This document shows, one piece after another, positions 46,910 to 56,121 of a DNA stretch of 64,000 nt. This stretch comes from Patescibacteria group bacterium (lineage in GTDB: Bacteria; Patescibacteriota; Minisyncoccia; UBA6257; 2-01-FULL-56-20): positions 64,572-128,571 of the forward strand of contig JBBTUL010000012.1 in assembly GCA_038063755.1 (NCBI GenBank), written 5' to 3'. The notes under the pieces were generated by a model. It was given only the letters and a program-made list of their open reading frames with translations, was not told the DNA's origin and searched no databases. Both the position numbers and the translations under genes were made by a program. Each line of letters starts with the position of its first letter. Position 1 is the stretch's first letter.

Positions 46910-48195
46910 GATTGCTCCTCGCACCGCGGAAGCTCGACGTGTTCGATCTGGTAACGTCCGGGGTGGTCTACTACGCGAGCGCGTATCTTTTTCCGCTCGT
47001 CGTTTTTTTTCACCTTCCCACAAAATACTTCGATTTTTCGAGCGCTGCATGGAGCCCCGCGACACTCCTTTACGTAACCGGAGGACTTTTGGCTTTCTTG
47101 GTTGGCTCCGTGACTGCCCCCCGAGGGACGGTGCGCTGGGTGCTTGGCGCGACAAAATTTATTGCGAGACCCTGGAGTCCCGGCCGGAGGACGATCGTCT
47201 ATGCGGGATCGGCCGTCGCCACAGTTCTCTTCTGTGCGGTGTGGTTGTGGGGAGGATCGTATTTTCATCTCGATCCTCAGGGCGTGGGAAAAATCGGCGT
47301 GCGATTCTATTCCCTCATCGGATCTCTTCGTTGGCTTTTCCTCGTGACACTCTTGGTGCTTACATTCGAGCGGTTTTTTACCGCACTCCGCGAGGGCGGC
47401 AAAGAAGTCTCTCGACTGCGGATTATTGCGTGGACTCTTCTCCTTGCGGCCGCCTGCTACGGCTTCTTCTCCGCATCCCGCTATTCGGTGCTCTTCCCGT
47501 TTTTCTCTTACATGATCGTTCGCCACTATTACTGGAGGAAATATATGATTCGGGATATCGCGTCCATCGCGCTCCTCGTGATGGTGGGGATGGCGCTCAT
47601 CAATATCTATAAAGAACCGAATATCTGGCTCACCTCGTACCGCCCGAACAACGCATCGCGGACGATTGCGGCAACGCAGTACGTAGTAGACAACAGCATC
47701 GGACGGATAAGTCCGTACGCGGTACTCGAAAAAATATTCACTCCTCATAAGGAATATCGAGGGACGACCCCCGCGAACTTTCTGATCAACATTGCCATTC
47801 CCCGTATTTTATGGAAAGAGAAACCCGTCATGAGCCCCGACGGAAACGCGTTCGGGAGGGCGCTTGGCATCTTGCAGCCGGACGACTACCGGACAACGGT
47901 TGCGCCAACCATGATGGGTGATTTTTATCTAGGCTTCGGCTTGTGGGGGATGTTTTTCGCGATGTTTTGCCTGGGATTTGTATTCAGAGTATTGGCGCGA
48001 GTTTTTCTCGGAGGAGGGGGAGCAAGCCCGACCGGCATTCTTGTATATGTGGTGTTATGGCTTCAGCTTGTGAAGGGAATGGAGGATTGGGCCTCTCCTG
48101 TTTTCGCCGGGACAATAAAAATGATTGCTATCCTCCTTATTGTCCACCTCTTTGCGATGAAACGGATGGTGCCCGCAACCCCGGCTACTTCGTAA
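46906..48195 (+). CDS. Putative oligosaccharide repeat-unit polymerase (Wzy-like) membrane protein
   Basis: Start MRLLLAPRK at 46906 (ATGA overlap); about 11 predicted TM segments; no other motif. The 5' extension in the ORF track overlaps the previous gene. Confidence 0.5.
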   Translation: MRLLLAPRKLDVFDLVTSGVVYYASAYLFPLVVFFHLPTKYFDFSSAAWSPATLLYVTGGLLAFLVGSVTAPRGTVRWVLGATKFIARPWSPGRRTIVYAGSAVATVLFCAVWLWGGSYFHLDPQGVGKIGVRFYSLIGSLRWLFLVTLLVLTFERFFTALREGGKEVSRLRIIAWTLLLAAACYGFFSASRYSVLFPFFSYMIVRHYYWRKYMIRDIASIALLVMVGMALINIYKEPNIWLTSYRPNNASRTIAATQYVVDNSIGRISPYAVLEKIFTPHKEYRGTTPANFLINIAIPRILWKEKPVMSPDGNAFGRALGILQPDDYRTTVAPTMMGDFYLGFGLWGMFFAMFCLGFVFRVLARVFLGGGGASPTGILVYVVLWLQLVKGMEDWASPVFAGTIKMIAILLIVHLFAMKRMVPATPATS

Positions 48196-50149
48196 TTCGA
48201 TCGATAAATTCGAGCGCAGGTATAGTGTCTTCAATCGAGACCGGAGTTTGTTCGTGAGGGTCTTTCACTGCTCGAACGAAGAGGCGATAGAGCTCCTCGT
48301 GTGATGTAGGGGGCTTTCGAAATCGCGAAACAGCATATGCAATAATCGTGCGCAGTTCATGCACAAGTCTCGTTGCAGGAGTCGGAGATCCCGAAAGGCA
48401 CTCAAGGCTTTCGGGGTAGAAATGAAGCTTGTATACAACGTCTTTCTTTACGAATTCAAGCCATGTTGCCGCGTATGGAGGGTGAAGACGCAGGTCAATA
48501 TCTACCGAGATTCCGCGGTCCGTTTTTGCTCTTGCAAGCACCCTCCGAAGGGTTTTGTGGTCTCCGCCTCGCGCAGTTTCAAGATGCTCTACGTCAACCA
48601 CCCTTCCCCCAAACTCTGCTACGAGATCAAGAAAGTGATATGCCATTTCGTGAGTGAGGGCATTTTTAAACTCTTCACGCCAGCTTTTTGCGCTTTGTAT
48701 CGTTGGTCCGCTCCAGAACCGCAGAGAAATTGATTCCAGCGGTTCCCCGATGGTTTCGGAAAGGGCCCGACGGAGGGCGAGTACGTTTCTGCGGAAACGG
48801 TAGTTGTTCACCACGCACACTCGGACACCATGTTCTTTCGCTAGGACGTCAAGATCGAGCGCCTCGCGTAGTTTATGAGAGACTGGTTTTTCAACGAGTA
48901 CGTGAATTCCTCTTGCGACGAATTCTTTTGCGAGGGGAACGTGTGTGTCTGGCGGGGTTACTATAACCGCAAAATCGACAGACTGCCCGCTTAGCTCTTC
49001 CGAAGTCTCAAGCACAGATGCATTCGGGAAGAATTTATTCCTAACCTCCATCGCTCTTCCTCGATCTGCATCATAGAGCGCTTGCACCTTGATGCGTGGT
49101 ATGCGTTGGATTGCCGGAGCATGAAGCGTTTGCGTCGCAAAACCGCAACCAATGATCGCGATTCGTACATCGCCAGAAGAAAGATCAGCAGCACCTTTTA
49201 TGGCTGTGTTGAGGGGGGTTTTCGGATTCCACCCTGTCTTTTGCATCAATTTCTGCGGTGAGTAAAAGACATCTTTTTGCATGCGCGAAAAAAGATAGGC
49301 AATCCTTCCGATGCGCCCGTGTTTCGAAAAAAGCGATCCGAACACGGTTATGGGCGCAAAAAGAATTCGTGGAACGGGGATAAATCGAACGGGTATCTTG
49401 GAGTGAAGATTGTATTCTTCAACGATTGATCGAACAGTCGGCTGTTCGGTGCTTACAACGTTATATATCGCAGACCCTTCGTTTGCCTCAAGACAGGCCA
49501 AGATCGCACCGTATACATCATTTACATGCACATAGGGCATTCTCTTGTTTGCGGTCCCTGGCGCAATGCAAAAATTCTTGAAAAAAAATCCGCAACCGAT
49601 AAGCGGAGCCTTCATGTTTTCTGCGTAAATAAGTCCAGCTCGCAAGATGTCGACCGGCACTCGTAGGGTGGCAAGGCGAGAAGTAAATACATTTTCTCCA
49701 AGAAGTTTGGAGTGTGCATACCATCCGCGTAATTCAGGATGCGGTTCAAGCGCATGATTTTCAGTTACGACATTTTCGTTTTCGCTCGAAAAAAGATCGT
49801 AGATGCCGACCGAGCTCATGACAAGCAGCCGCTCAATGCCGTATTTCTCAGCGAGGGACAGGAGGGTTTCTGATCCAGTGACGGTCGTCTGATGGTAATC
49901 GGTCCATCTTCCTCGTGTGCCGGCAGCGAGGTGGACGATGATATCAGACGCTTTTACAAAGGGCTCAAGCTGTGTCGCCTCCGCAATGTCGCCTTCAAAA
50001 ATACGGAGCGGAACCCCTTTTGTCGCAAGGAAGGCTATTTTTGATCGATCTCGGACGTATACATTAACCGCGTACCCGTCGGCGAGAAAGCGAGAGACGA
50101 GATGTTTTCCAACGAATCCGCTGGCTCCAGTTATGCCTATTCGCTTCAT
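48185..50149 (-). CDS. Bi-domain oxidoreductase: NAD-dependent epimerase/dehydratase (N) fused to Gfo/Idh/MocA oxidoreductase (C)
   Basis: N-terminus MKRIGITGASGFVGKHLVSRFLADGYAV (extended-SDR Rossmann); C-terminal half has RIAIIGCGFATQTLHAPAIQRIPRIKVQALYD (Gfo/Idh/MocA N-terminal fold); 654 aa. Confidence 0.8.
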   Translation of the reverse strand: MKRIGITGASGFVGKHLVSRFLADGYAVNVYVRDRSKIAFLATKGVPLRIFEGDIAEATQLEPFVKASDIIVHLAAGTRGRWTDYHQTTVTGSETLLSLAEKYGIERLLVMSSVGIYDLFSSENENVVTENHALEPHPELRGWYAHSKLLGENVFTSRLATLRVPVDILRAGLIYAENMKAPLIGCGFFFKNFCIAPGTANKRMPYVHVNDVYGAILACLEANEGSAIYNVVSTEQPTVRSIVEEYNLHSKIPVRFIPVPRILFAPITVFGSLFSKHGRIGRIAYLFSRMQKDVFYSPQKLMQKTGWNPKTPLNTAIKGAADLSSGDVRIAIIGCGFATQTLHAPAIQRIPRIKVQALYDADRGRAMEVRNKFFPNASVLETSEELSGQSVDFAVIVTPPDTHVPLAKEFVARGIHVLVEKPVSHKLREALDLDVLAKEHGVRVCVVNNYRFRRNVLALRRALSETIGEPLESISLRFWSGPTIQSAKSWREEFKNALTHEMAYHFLDLVAEFGGRVVDVEHLETARGGDHKTLRRVLARAKTDRGISVDIDLRLHPPYAATWLEFVKKDVVYKLHFYPESLECLSGSPTPATRLVHELRTIIAYAVSRFRKPPTSHEELYRLFVRAVKDPHEQTPVSIEDTIPALEFIDRITK

Positions 50150-50222
50150 ACGGATACATGGTACTCCAAAAACTCACAGGGAGACAATCTTGTCGTTAAG
50201 ACCCCGCCATGAGAGGATAATA

Positions 50223-51419
50223 ATGCGCATGAAAGTACTTCATATCGTTTCGTTTTATGCCCCCGCGTATCGCTACGGTGGGCCAATAGGATCTGTCCAT
50301 GGGCTCAATAAGGCCCTCGTAAAGAAAGGCGTGGACGTGACGGTCTACACCACCAACATGGACGGAGGCGGGGCGCTTCCACTTCCAGCAAATACTCCGA
50401 TAGATCGCGACGGAGTGCATGTGCACTATTTTGAGCCCTCGCCGGGAGGGCGATGGTGGGAATATTCCCACCGCCTTCATAGAACCATGAAGGCAACCGT
50501 CAAAAATTTCGATGTTGTTCATATCACGGGAGTGTTTCGCGCCGCATCTTTCGTGGGTGCCCGAACCGCAAAAAAAAATAACATACCGTATCTTATCTCG
50601 CCCAGAGGGACGCTTATGGAAAAGCCACTCACGCTCCATCACTCGCTCGGAAAAAAGATATACCTTTCCTTTTTTGAGAAATATAATCTTTCGCATGCCG
50701 CGGCGATCCATTTTACGGTCCCAAGAGAAGAAGAGGAGTATGTCGCCGCAGGCCTACCGCTTCGAAAAAGCGTAATCATCCCCAACAGCATTGACGGCGA
50801 GACGTTCCCAAAAAATCCCGGGGACGGGAGGTTTCGGAAAAGCCTCCATGTTTCGGAAAAAACACCAATCGTCCTTTTCTTGGGAAGATTGAACTGGAAA
50901 AAAGGGTTCGACACGCTCATCCCCGCATGGAAGGAGGTTCGCGAGAAACATGCGGACGCGTTACTCGTTATCGCGGGAGGGGACGACGAAGGGTATCGAA
51001 CAAAAATCGAGGACATGATCCATGATGCGGGCGTACGGGATTCGGTGGTGTTTACGGGAATGCTCGAAGGCGAAGATCGCGTCGCGGCGTTTTCGGAATC
51101 CGACATATTTATACTTCCTTCATACTCCGAGAATTTCGGGATGGCTCCCGTGGAGGCGGCGTACTTCGGTCTTCCGGTCATAGTGACGGACGGGGTTGGC
51201 ATCGCCCCCGACATTGAAGCGTTCAAGGCGGGACTCGTGGTTCCCAAAGAAGTTGCCGCCGTTTCGAACGCCATTACGGGCCTCTTAAGCGACGTCGGAC
51301 GGCGCCGCAATATGGGCGAGGCGGGGAAGCACCTGGTTGAATCCCGGTTTCGTACGGAGGCGGTCGCCGACCGGTTTATCGAGGTCTATAATGAACTCAA
51401 AGACGGAAAAAGAACATGA
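50223..51419 (+). CDS. Glycosyltransferase family 4
   Basis: Start MRMKVLHIVSFYAP at 50223 preceded by SD GAGAGGA; C-terminal ENFGMAPVEAAYFGLPVIVTD. Confidence 0.85.
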   Translation: MRMKVLHIVSFYAPAYRYGGPIGSVHGLNKALVKKGVDVTVYTTNMDGGGALPLPANTPIDRDGVHVHYFEPSPGGRWWEYSHRLHRTMKATVKNFDVVHITGVFRAASFVGARTAKKNNIPYLISPRGTLMEKPLTLHHSLGKKIYLSFFEKYNLSHAAAIHFTVPREEEEYVAAGLPLRKSVIIPNSIDGETFPKNPGDGRFRKSLHVSEKTPIVLFLGRLNWKKGFDTLIPAWKEVREKHADALLVIAGGDDEGYRTKIEDMIHDAGVRDSVVFTGMLEGEDRVAAFSESDIFILPSYSENFGMAPVEAAYFGLPVIVTDGVGIAPDIEAFKAGLVVPKEVAAVSNAITGLLSDVGRRRNMGEAGKHLVESRFRTEAVADRFIEVYNELKDGKRT

Positions 51420-52282
51420 AGAAACTTCCGATCACGGTCATCATTCTCACGCGAGATGAAGAGATTCATCTCGAACGCTGTCTCGAAAACATTGTGCCTC
51501 ACGCCGAGCGGGTTCATGTTGTCGACTGGGGAAGCGTGGACAAGACGAGAGAGATCGCAAAGCGATTTGGTGCGGTAATCACCGAGCACGAATTCGTGCA
51601 CCAGGCGGATCAATTCAATTGGGCGCTCGACCACCTCTTAATTGAAACTCCCTGGATATTGCGTCTTGACGCGGATGAGTACTGCACTGCGGAGTTGTGG
51701 AAAGAGATCGGGGAGAGCATCGGGGCCGCGCCCGAAGGAACTTCCGGGTTTTACATAAAACGTCGGGTTTACTTTATGGGGCGGTGGATCCGCCACGGAG
51801 GATATTATCCTTCCTGGTTCTTGCGCTTGTTTCGGAAAGGTATGGCACGATACGAAGAGCGAGAGATGGACGAACACCTACTTCTAGAGTCCGGCGGCGC
51901 GGGATTCTTAAAAAACGATTTTGTGGATTGGAACTTGAAGGGGCTCGCGGATTGGACCGCGAAACACAACGGATATTCGACTCGTGAAGTTGCCGCCCGA
52001 CTTCGGGAGGAGAGCGAAGGATTTACCGCAAGCGGCAGCGAAGGACAGGCCGCGAGAAAAAAGTGGATGAAGCATAACATATACGGACGTCTCCCGCTCT
52101 TTATCCGCCCGTTCATCTATTTTGTCTATCGATACGTTTTCCGTCTCGGATTTCTGGACGGTGTTCCCGGTTTTGCATTCCACGTACTGCAGGGTTTTTG
52201 GCATCAGTTTTTGATCGACGTGAAGCTTCATGAGGCGAAATATATCGCGAATGAAAAGAAGGAGAAAGCGTCTAATAAGTGA
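51416..52282 (+). CDS. Glycosyltransferase family 2
   Basis: N-terminus MKKLPITVIILTRDEEIHLERCLENI; DxD-like LRLDADE. Confidence 0.85.
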   Translation: MKKLPITVIILTRDEEIHLERCLENIVPHAERVHVVDWGSVDKTREIAKRFGAVITEHEFVHQADQFNWALDHLLIETPWILRLDADEYCTAELWKEIGESIGAAPEGTSGFYIKRRVYFMGRWIRHGGYYPSWFLRLFRKGMARYEEREMDEHLLLESGGAGFLKNDFVDWNLKGLADWTAKHNGYSTREVAARLREESEGFTASGSEGQAARKKWMKHNIYGRLPLFIRPFIYFVYRYVFRLGFLDGVPGFAFHVLQGFWHQFLIDVKLHEAKYIANEKKEKASNK

Positions 52283-52351
52283 TACAGGACCCTCGAGAGG
52301 GCTCGCAATTATTATCTAAAGTGCAGTTGCGTCGGTCGTTTTAAGCCTTGA

Positions 52352-53590
52352 TCAAGCCAGAGTTTTTGAGATAAAAACCTCTTTCAGGAGTTTTTCCAAA
52401 TGGGCCGATATTTTCTTTCGGTCATAGTGCTGTTCTGCATATCTGCGCCCGTTACTTCCCAGCTTTTTTGCGAACGATGGATCGTGATAAATCTTTAGAA
52501 TCGATTCTTTCAAAGATTCGGGACTTTCTGGTTCTGCGATCAAACCACAATTTGCAGCTTTGATAATCGCGGCTCCCTCGCCGTCTAGGTTGATAATAAT
52601 CGGCTTTTCCGCGGACATGTAGTCGAACATCTTTGATGGTAGTACATCTCTGAAAAGCGCCTCATTTTTATAAGGAATTATGGCCACACCAGCTCGAGAT
52701 GCGAAGGCCGGCATCTCGGCGCGGGGACGTTCTCCGGTAAAAATGACATTTTTAAGACTATATTTTTGCGCCAGCTCTTCGCACTGTTTTTTTAGAGCTC
52801 CTTCGCCGACAACCAGAAACACGACATCGTTTTTATCCTTCAGGAGGTTCGCCGCTTCGATCACGACGTACGGGGCCTGCGCGAGTCCAAGAAGACCGGT
52901 GTACAGAACCACAAATTTATCTTTCAGGCCATAACGTTTCTCTATTTCCGCGTAATCCACGCCCGCGCGAAACAGGTCCAGCTCCGCTCCATTAGTAAGA
53001 AGGGTCATTTTTTCCTGCGACACCCCTTTTTCAATATGCAGGCGCTTAATGATGCCCTGAGCGTTTGCTACCACCGCCACGCTTTGTCGATAAATCGTCT
53101 TTTCGATCACCTCAACAAATCGGAAGGCAATATTTTTCTTGAGCATGCCGACCGCGACAGCGGAATCGGGCCAAATATCTCGGATTTCCGAAATCAACGG
53201 TATGCGTCTCAATTTTGCTACGAGCGCTCCGGCAAAAAGCCCGAAAAGAGGAGGAGATGTAGCGAAAACAACATCCGCTTTTTTTACCCGCATACCCGCC
53301 ATGAAGGAGGAAAAGAAAAACGATACATAATTCAAGACTCTAAACAGAAATGATTTTTTCGTGGTTATCCAAACCCAGGATCGAACTACCTGTACGCCTC
53401 CCCAGCTTTCTCTTTGAAAAAACCCATTCTTGTATCCAGGAAACAATACGCCCTTGGGGTAGTTGGGAGCTTCACAGATTACGGTCACATCGTGTCCGGC
53501 ACCTGCGAGGTGTTTCGCAAAAAACCCGAGACGATGCGCCGGAGCATTTGTTTCTGGTGGGAAATACTGGGTGAAAATGAGAACCTTCAT
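52352..53590 (-). CDS. Glycosyltransferase family 4 (WbuB-like)
   Basis: N-terminus MKVLIFTQYFPPETNAPAHRLGFFAKHLAGAGHDVTVI; 412 aa. Confidence 0.85.
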   Translation of the reverse strand: MKVLIFTQYFPPETNAPAHRLGFFAKHLAGAGHDVTVICEAPNYPKGVLFPGYKNGFFQRESWGGVQVVRSWVWITTKKSFLFRVLNYVSFFFSSFMAGMRVKKADVVFATSPPLFGLFAGALVAKLRRIPLISEIRDIWPDSAVAVGMLKKNIAFRFVEVIEKTIYRQSVAVVANAQGIIKRLHIEKGVSQEKMTLLTNGAELDLFRAGVDYAEIEKRYGLKDKFVVLYTGLLGLAQAPYVVIEAANLLKDKNDVVFLVVGEGALKKQCEELAQKYSLKNVIFTGERPRAEMPAFASRAGVAIIPYKNEALFRDVLPSKMFDYMSAEKPIIINLDGEGAAIIKAANCGLIAEPESPESLKESILKIYHDPSFAKKLGSNGRRYAEQHYDRKKISAHLEKLLKEVFISKTLA

Positions 53591-53662
53591 TTAGTTATTA
53601 ATTCTTGGTAACTTTTACCAGATTGTCAAAATCTCCAAGTTTCTGTATCGTTCATAGTATTC

Positions 53663-54937
53663 ATGAAGGACAGAAAAAAAACAACAATTAGCGTAATTGG
53701 CCTTGGTTATATGGGTCTCCCGATGGCGTGTCTGCTGGCCAAGCAGGGTTTCAACGTTGTGGGGGTTGATGTCGACCGCGACAAAATCAAAAAATTGCAG
53801 AAGGGGAAGATGATATTCCACGAGCCAGGACTCGCGACTCTTTTTAGAAGGAATCGGAAGCGGATATCGTTTCACTCAAAGCCAGCGTCAGCTGACGTTT
53901 TTATTGTCGCAGTGCCGACACCGATCACTCAAAAAAAGAGAGCAGATCTCTCTTTTGTGAAAAGCGCCGTGCGCTCAATTGTGCCGGTTTTAAGAGAGGG
54001 AAACCTGGTGATTATTGAATCCACGGTTGCGCCCGGGACTTCGTCCGGCGTAGTGAAGAGGATTCTCGACAAGAAGAAATTCAGATACGCCCTTGCGCAT
54101 TGTCCTGAAAGAGCCTTTCCGGGAAGAACTCTTAAGGAGATGATAGAGAACTACCGCGTGATAGGCGGACTTGATCAGGGCTCAGGAGAGATGGCAAAGC
54201 GGATCTATAAAACATTCGTGAAGGGCAATATATTTCTTACAGACCTTACTACCGCAGAAACGGTGAAACTCCTCGAGAATTCATATCGCGATGTAAACAT
54301 CGCATTTGCCAATGAAATGGCGAAGCTCGCTCACCGCATAGGTATTAACATGTGGGAGGCAATTCGTCTTGCCAACTACCACCCGCGCGTCAACATTCAC
54401 GTTCCTGGGCCGGGTGTCGGTGGACACTGCATCCCTCTTGATCCTTGGTTTTTGGTAGACGTGGCGCGCAAGGAATCCCCGCTTTTGAAGAAGTCGTTAT
54501 TATTGAACGAGCAAATGCCCTTGTTTGTGGCACAGCTTGCGGCTGATCATGTCCGTAAATATGGACTCAAGATAAAACGTTTTGGCATCTTGGGTGTGGC
54601 GTATAAGAAGAACGTTGACGATGCCAGAGAAACTCCGGCGCTCCGACTTGCCGAAGAGTTCAAGCGTCGCGGATATGAGGTTCGCTGTGCTGACCCCTAC
54701 GTCAAGCACTTTCCGCATCCGCTCGTGAAACAAGACGATCTCATCCGTTGGGCGGACGCTCTCGTGATAGTCACGGACCACGACATATACAAGGAGGCAA
54801 AGCTGTCCTCGGAGAATATTAAGCTCGTCATAGATACGAGAAATATGTTGAGCGACAGACAGAGAAAAGCCCTTGTTGGCGCCCACGTCATTCTCCTTGG
54901 CGCGGGGGAAGAAAAAATCACCCATGGCAGAGCATAA
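53663..54937 (+). CDS. Nucleotide-sugar dehydrogenase (UDP-N-acetyl-D-mannosamine dehydrogenase, WecC-like)
   Basis: ISVIGLGYMGLPMACLLAKQGFNVVGVDVD Rossmann fold, catalytic-Cys region GGHCIPLDP; adjacent to wecB. Confidence 0.8.
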   Translation: MKDRKKTTISVIGLGYMGLPMACLLAKQGFNVVGVDVDRDKIKKLQKGKMIFHEPGLATLFRRNRKRISFHSKPASADVFIVAVPTPITQKKRADLSFVKSAVRSIVPVLREGNLVIIESTVAPGTSSGVVKRILDKKKFRYALAHCPERAFPGRTLKEMIENYRVIGGLDQGSGEMAKRIYKTFVKGNIFLTDLTTAETVKLLENSYRDVNIAFANEMAKLAHRIGINMWEAIRLANYHPRVNIHVPGPGVGGHCIPLDPWFLVDVARKESPLLKKSLLLNEQMPLFVAQLAADHVRKYGLKIKRFGILGVAYKKNVDDARETPALRLAEEFKRRGYEVRCADPYVKHFPHPLVKQDDLIRWADALVIVTDHDIYKEAKLSSENIKLVIDTRNMLSDRQRKALVGAHVILLGAGEEKITHGRA

Positions 54938-56117
54938 ATCGACTAGGAAAGTTGCTGTGGTTTTCGGCACTAGGCCGGAAGCGATCAAGCTCGTCCCGGT
55001 GATACGCGAGCTTCAGCATCACGACCGGATTAAGCTTTTTACGTGCGTTTTCTGGCAGCATAAAAAAATGTTGCAACAAGTACTGGGTGTGTTCGATATC
55101 ATCCCAACCCACCAGATACCATTCCCCCTGGGCGACAAAGGAATATGGGGATCCGGCGGGATTTTGAAAACCGTATTGAACGGTCCTCGGCTCGGGTACG
55201 GACTTTTTAAATTCTTTTCTTTTTTGCGCCGGGAGCGTCCCGATCTGCTTATCGTCCAGGGAGACACCTCAACGGCATTTCTTGCGGCATTCCTGGCATT
55301 TCATTTCAGAATTTCCATCATGCACGTTGAAGCGGGACTGCGCACATTCGACAAATACGCTCCATTTCCCGAGGAGATAAATCGACGACTTATTAGTGTT
55401 CTTGCGGATATTCACTGTGCGCCCACGGATCACGCCAGAGAAAATCTTGTGCGTGAGCAAGTTCCCGAGAGCTCGATATTCGTCACTGGAAACACCGCGC
55501 TTGATGCCTTGCGGATTATTCTCAAATCGGAAAAGCGTGAGGATTTTCGAAGGTGGGAGAGCTTGCTTCTTGCAAAGGGACAGAACCTCCGAGGAGGCAA
55601 GAAGTTATTGCTAATCACGGCGCATCGTCGGGAGAGCTTCGGAGAAGGCCTCGAGAATATCTGTGGAGCCATCAGGCAGATTGCGACTTTGCGATCCGAC
55701 GTAATTTTCTTATACCCCGTGCACCTGAACCCGAATGTCCAAAAAGTCGTTCGCGAAAAACTGTCGGGCATCTCAAACGTGATCCTCACAGAACCTCTCT
55801 CATATGAAATATTCTCTTTTCTAATGGATGCGGCATATCTGATTCTGACCGATTCGGGGGGGATACAGGAAGAGGTTTCGTTTCTCGGCAAGCCGATATT
55901 GGTGTTGCGCGAAAAGACCGAGCGTCCCGAAGGGATTACGGCCGGCAATGCCATGCTTGTCGGGGCAAACAAAGAAAGGATTGTCCGTGAAGTTCTCCGC
56001 CTTCTCGACGATACCGATCAGTACCGGTTTTTTGCGAGAAAACACACCGCATTTGGTGATGGTCATGCCGCAGAAAGAATCGGAGTGATCATTGAAAGCT
56101 TCTTTGGGGTAGAATAA
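54924..56117 (+). CDS. wecB: UDP-N-acetylglucosamine 2-epimerase (non-hydrolysing)
   Basis: Start MAEHKSTRKVAVVFGTRPEAIKLVPVI at 54924; conserved epimerase_2 blocks throughout. Confidence 0.9.
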   Translation: MAEHKSTRKVAVVFGTRPEAIKLVPVIRELQHHDRIKLFTCVFWQHKKMLQQVLGVFDIIPTHQIPFPLGDKGIWGSGGILKTVLNGPRLGYGLFKFFSFLRRERPDLLIVQGDTSTAFLAAFLAFHFRISIMHVEAGLRTFDKYAPFPEEINRRLISVLADIHCAPTDHARENLVREQVPESSIFVTGNTALDALRIILKSEKREDFRRWESLLLAKGQNLRGGKKLLLITAHRRESFGEGLENICGAIRQIATLRSDVIFLYPVHLNPNVQKVVREKLSGISNVILTEPLSYEIFSFLMDAAYLILTDSGGIQEEVSFLGKPILVLREKTERPEGITAGNAMLVGANKERIVREVLRLLDDTDQYRFFARKHTAFGDGHAAERIGVIIESFFGVE

Positions 56118-56121
56118 TAGG

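Noticed and set aside
46427-47748. Minus-strand ORFs of 242 and 305 aa
   Set aside because: Antisense to the SGNH hydrolase and Wzy-like genes; extreme Arg content; no RBS.
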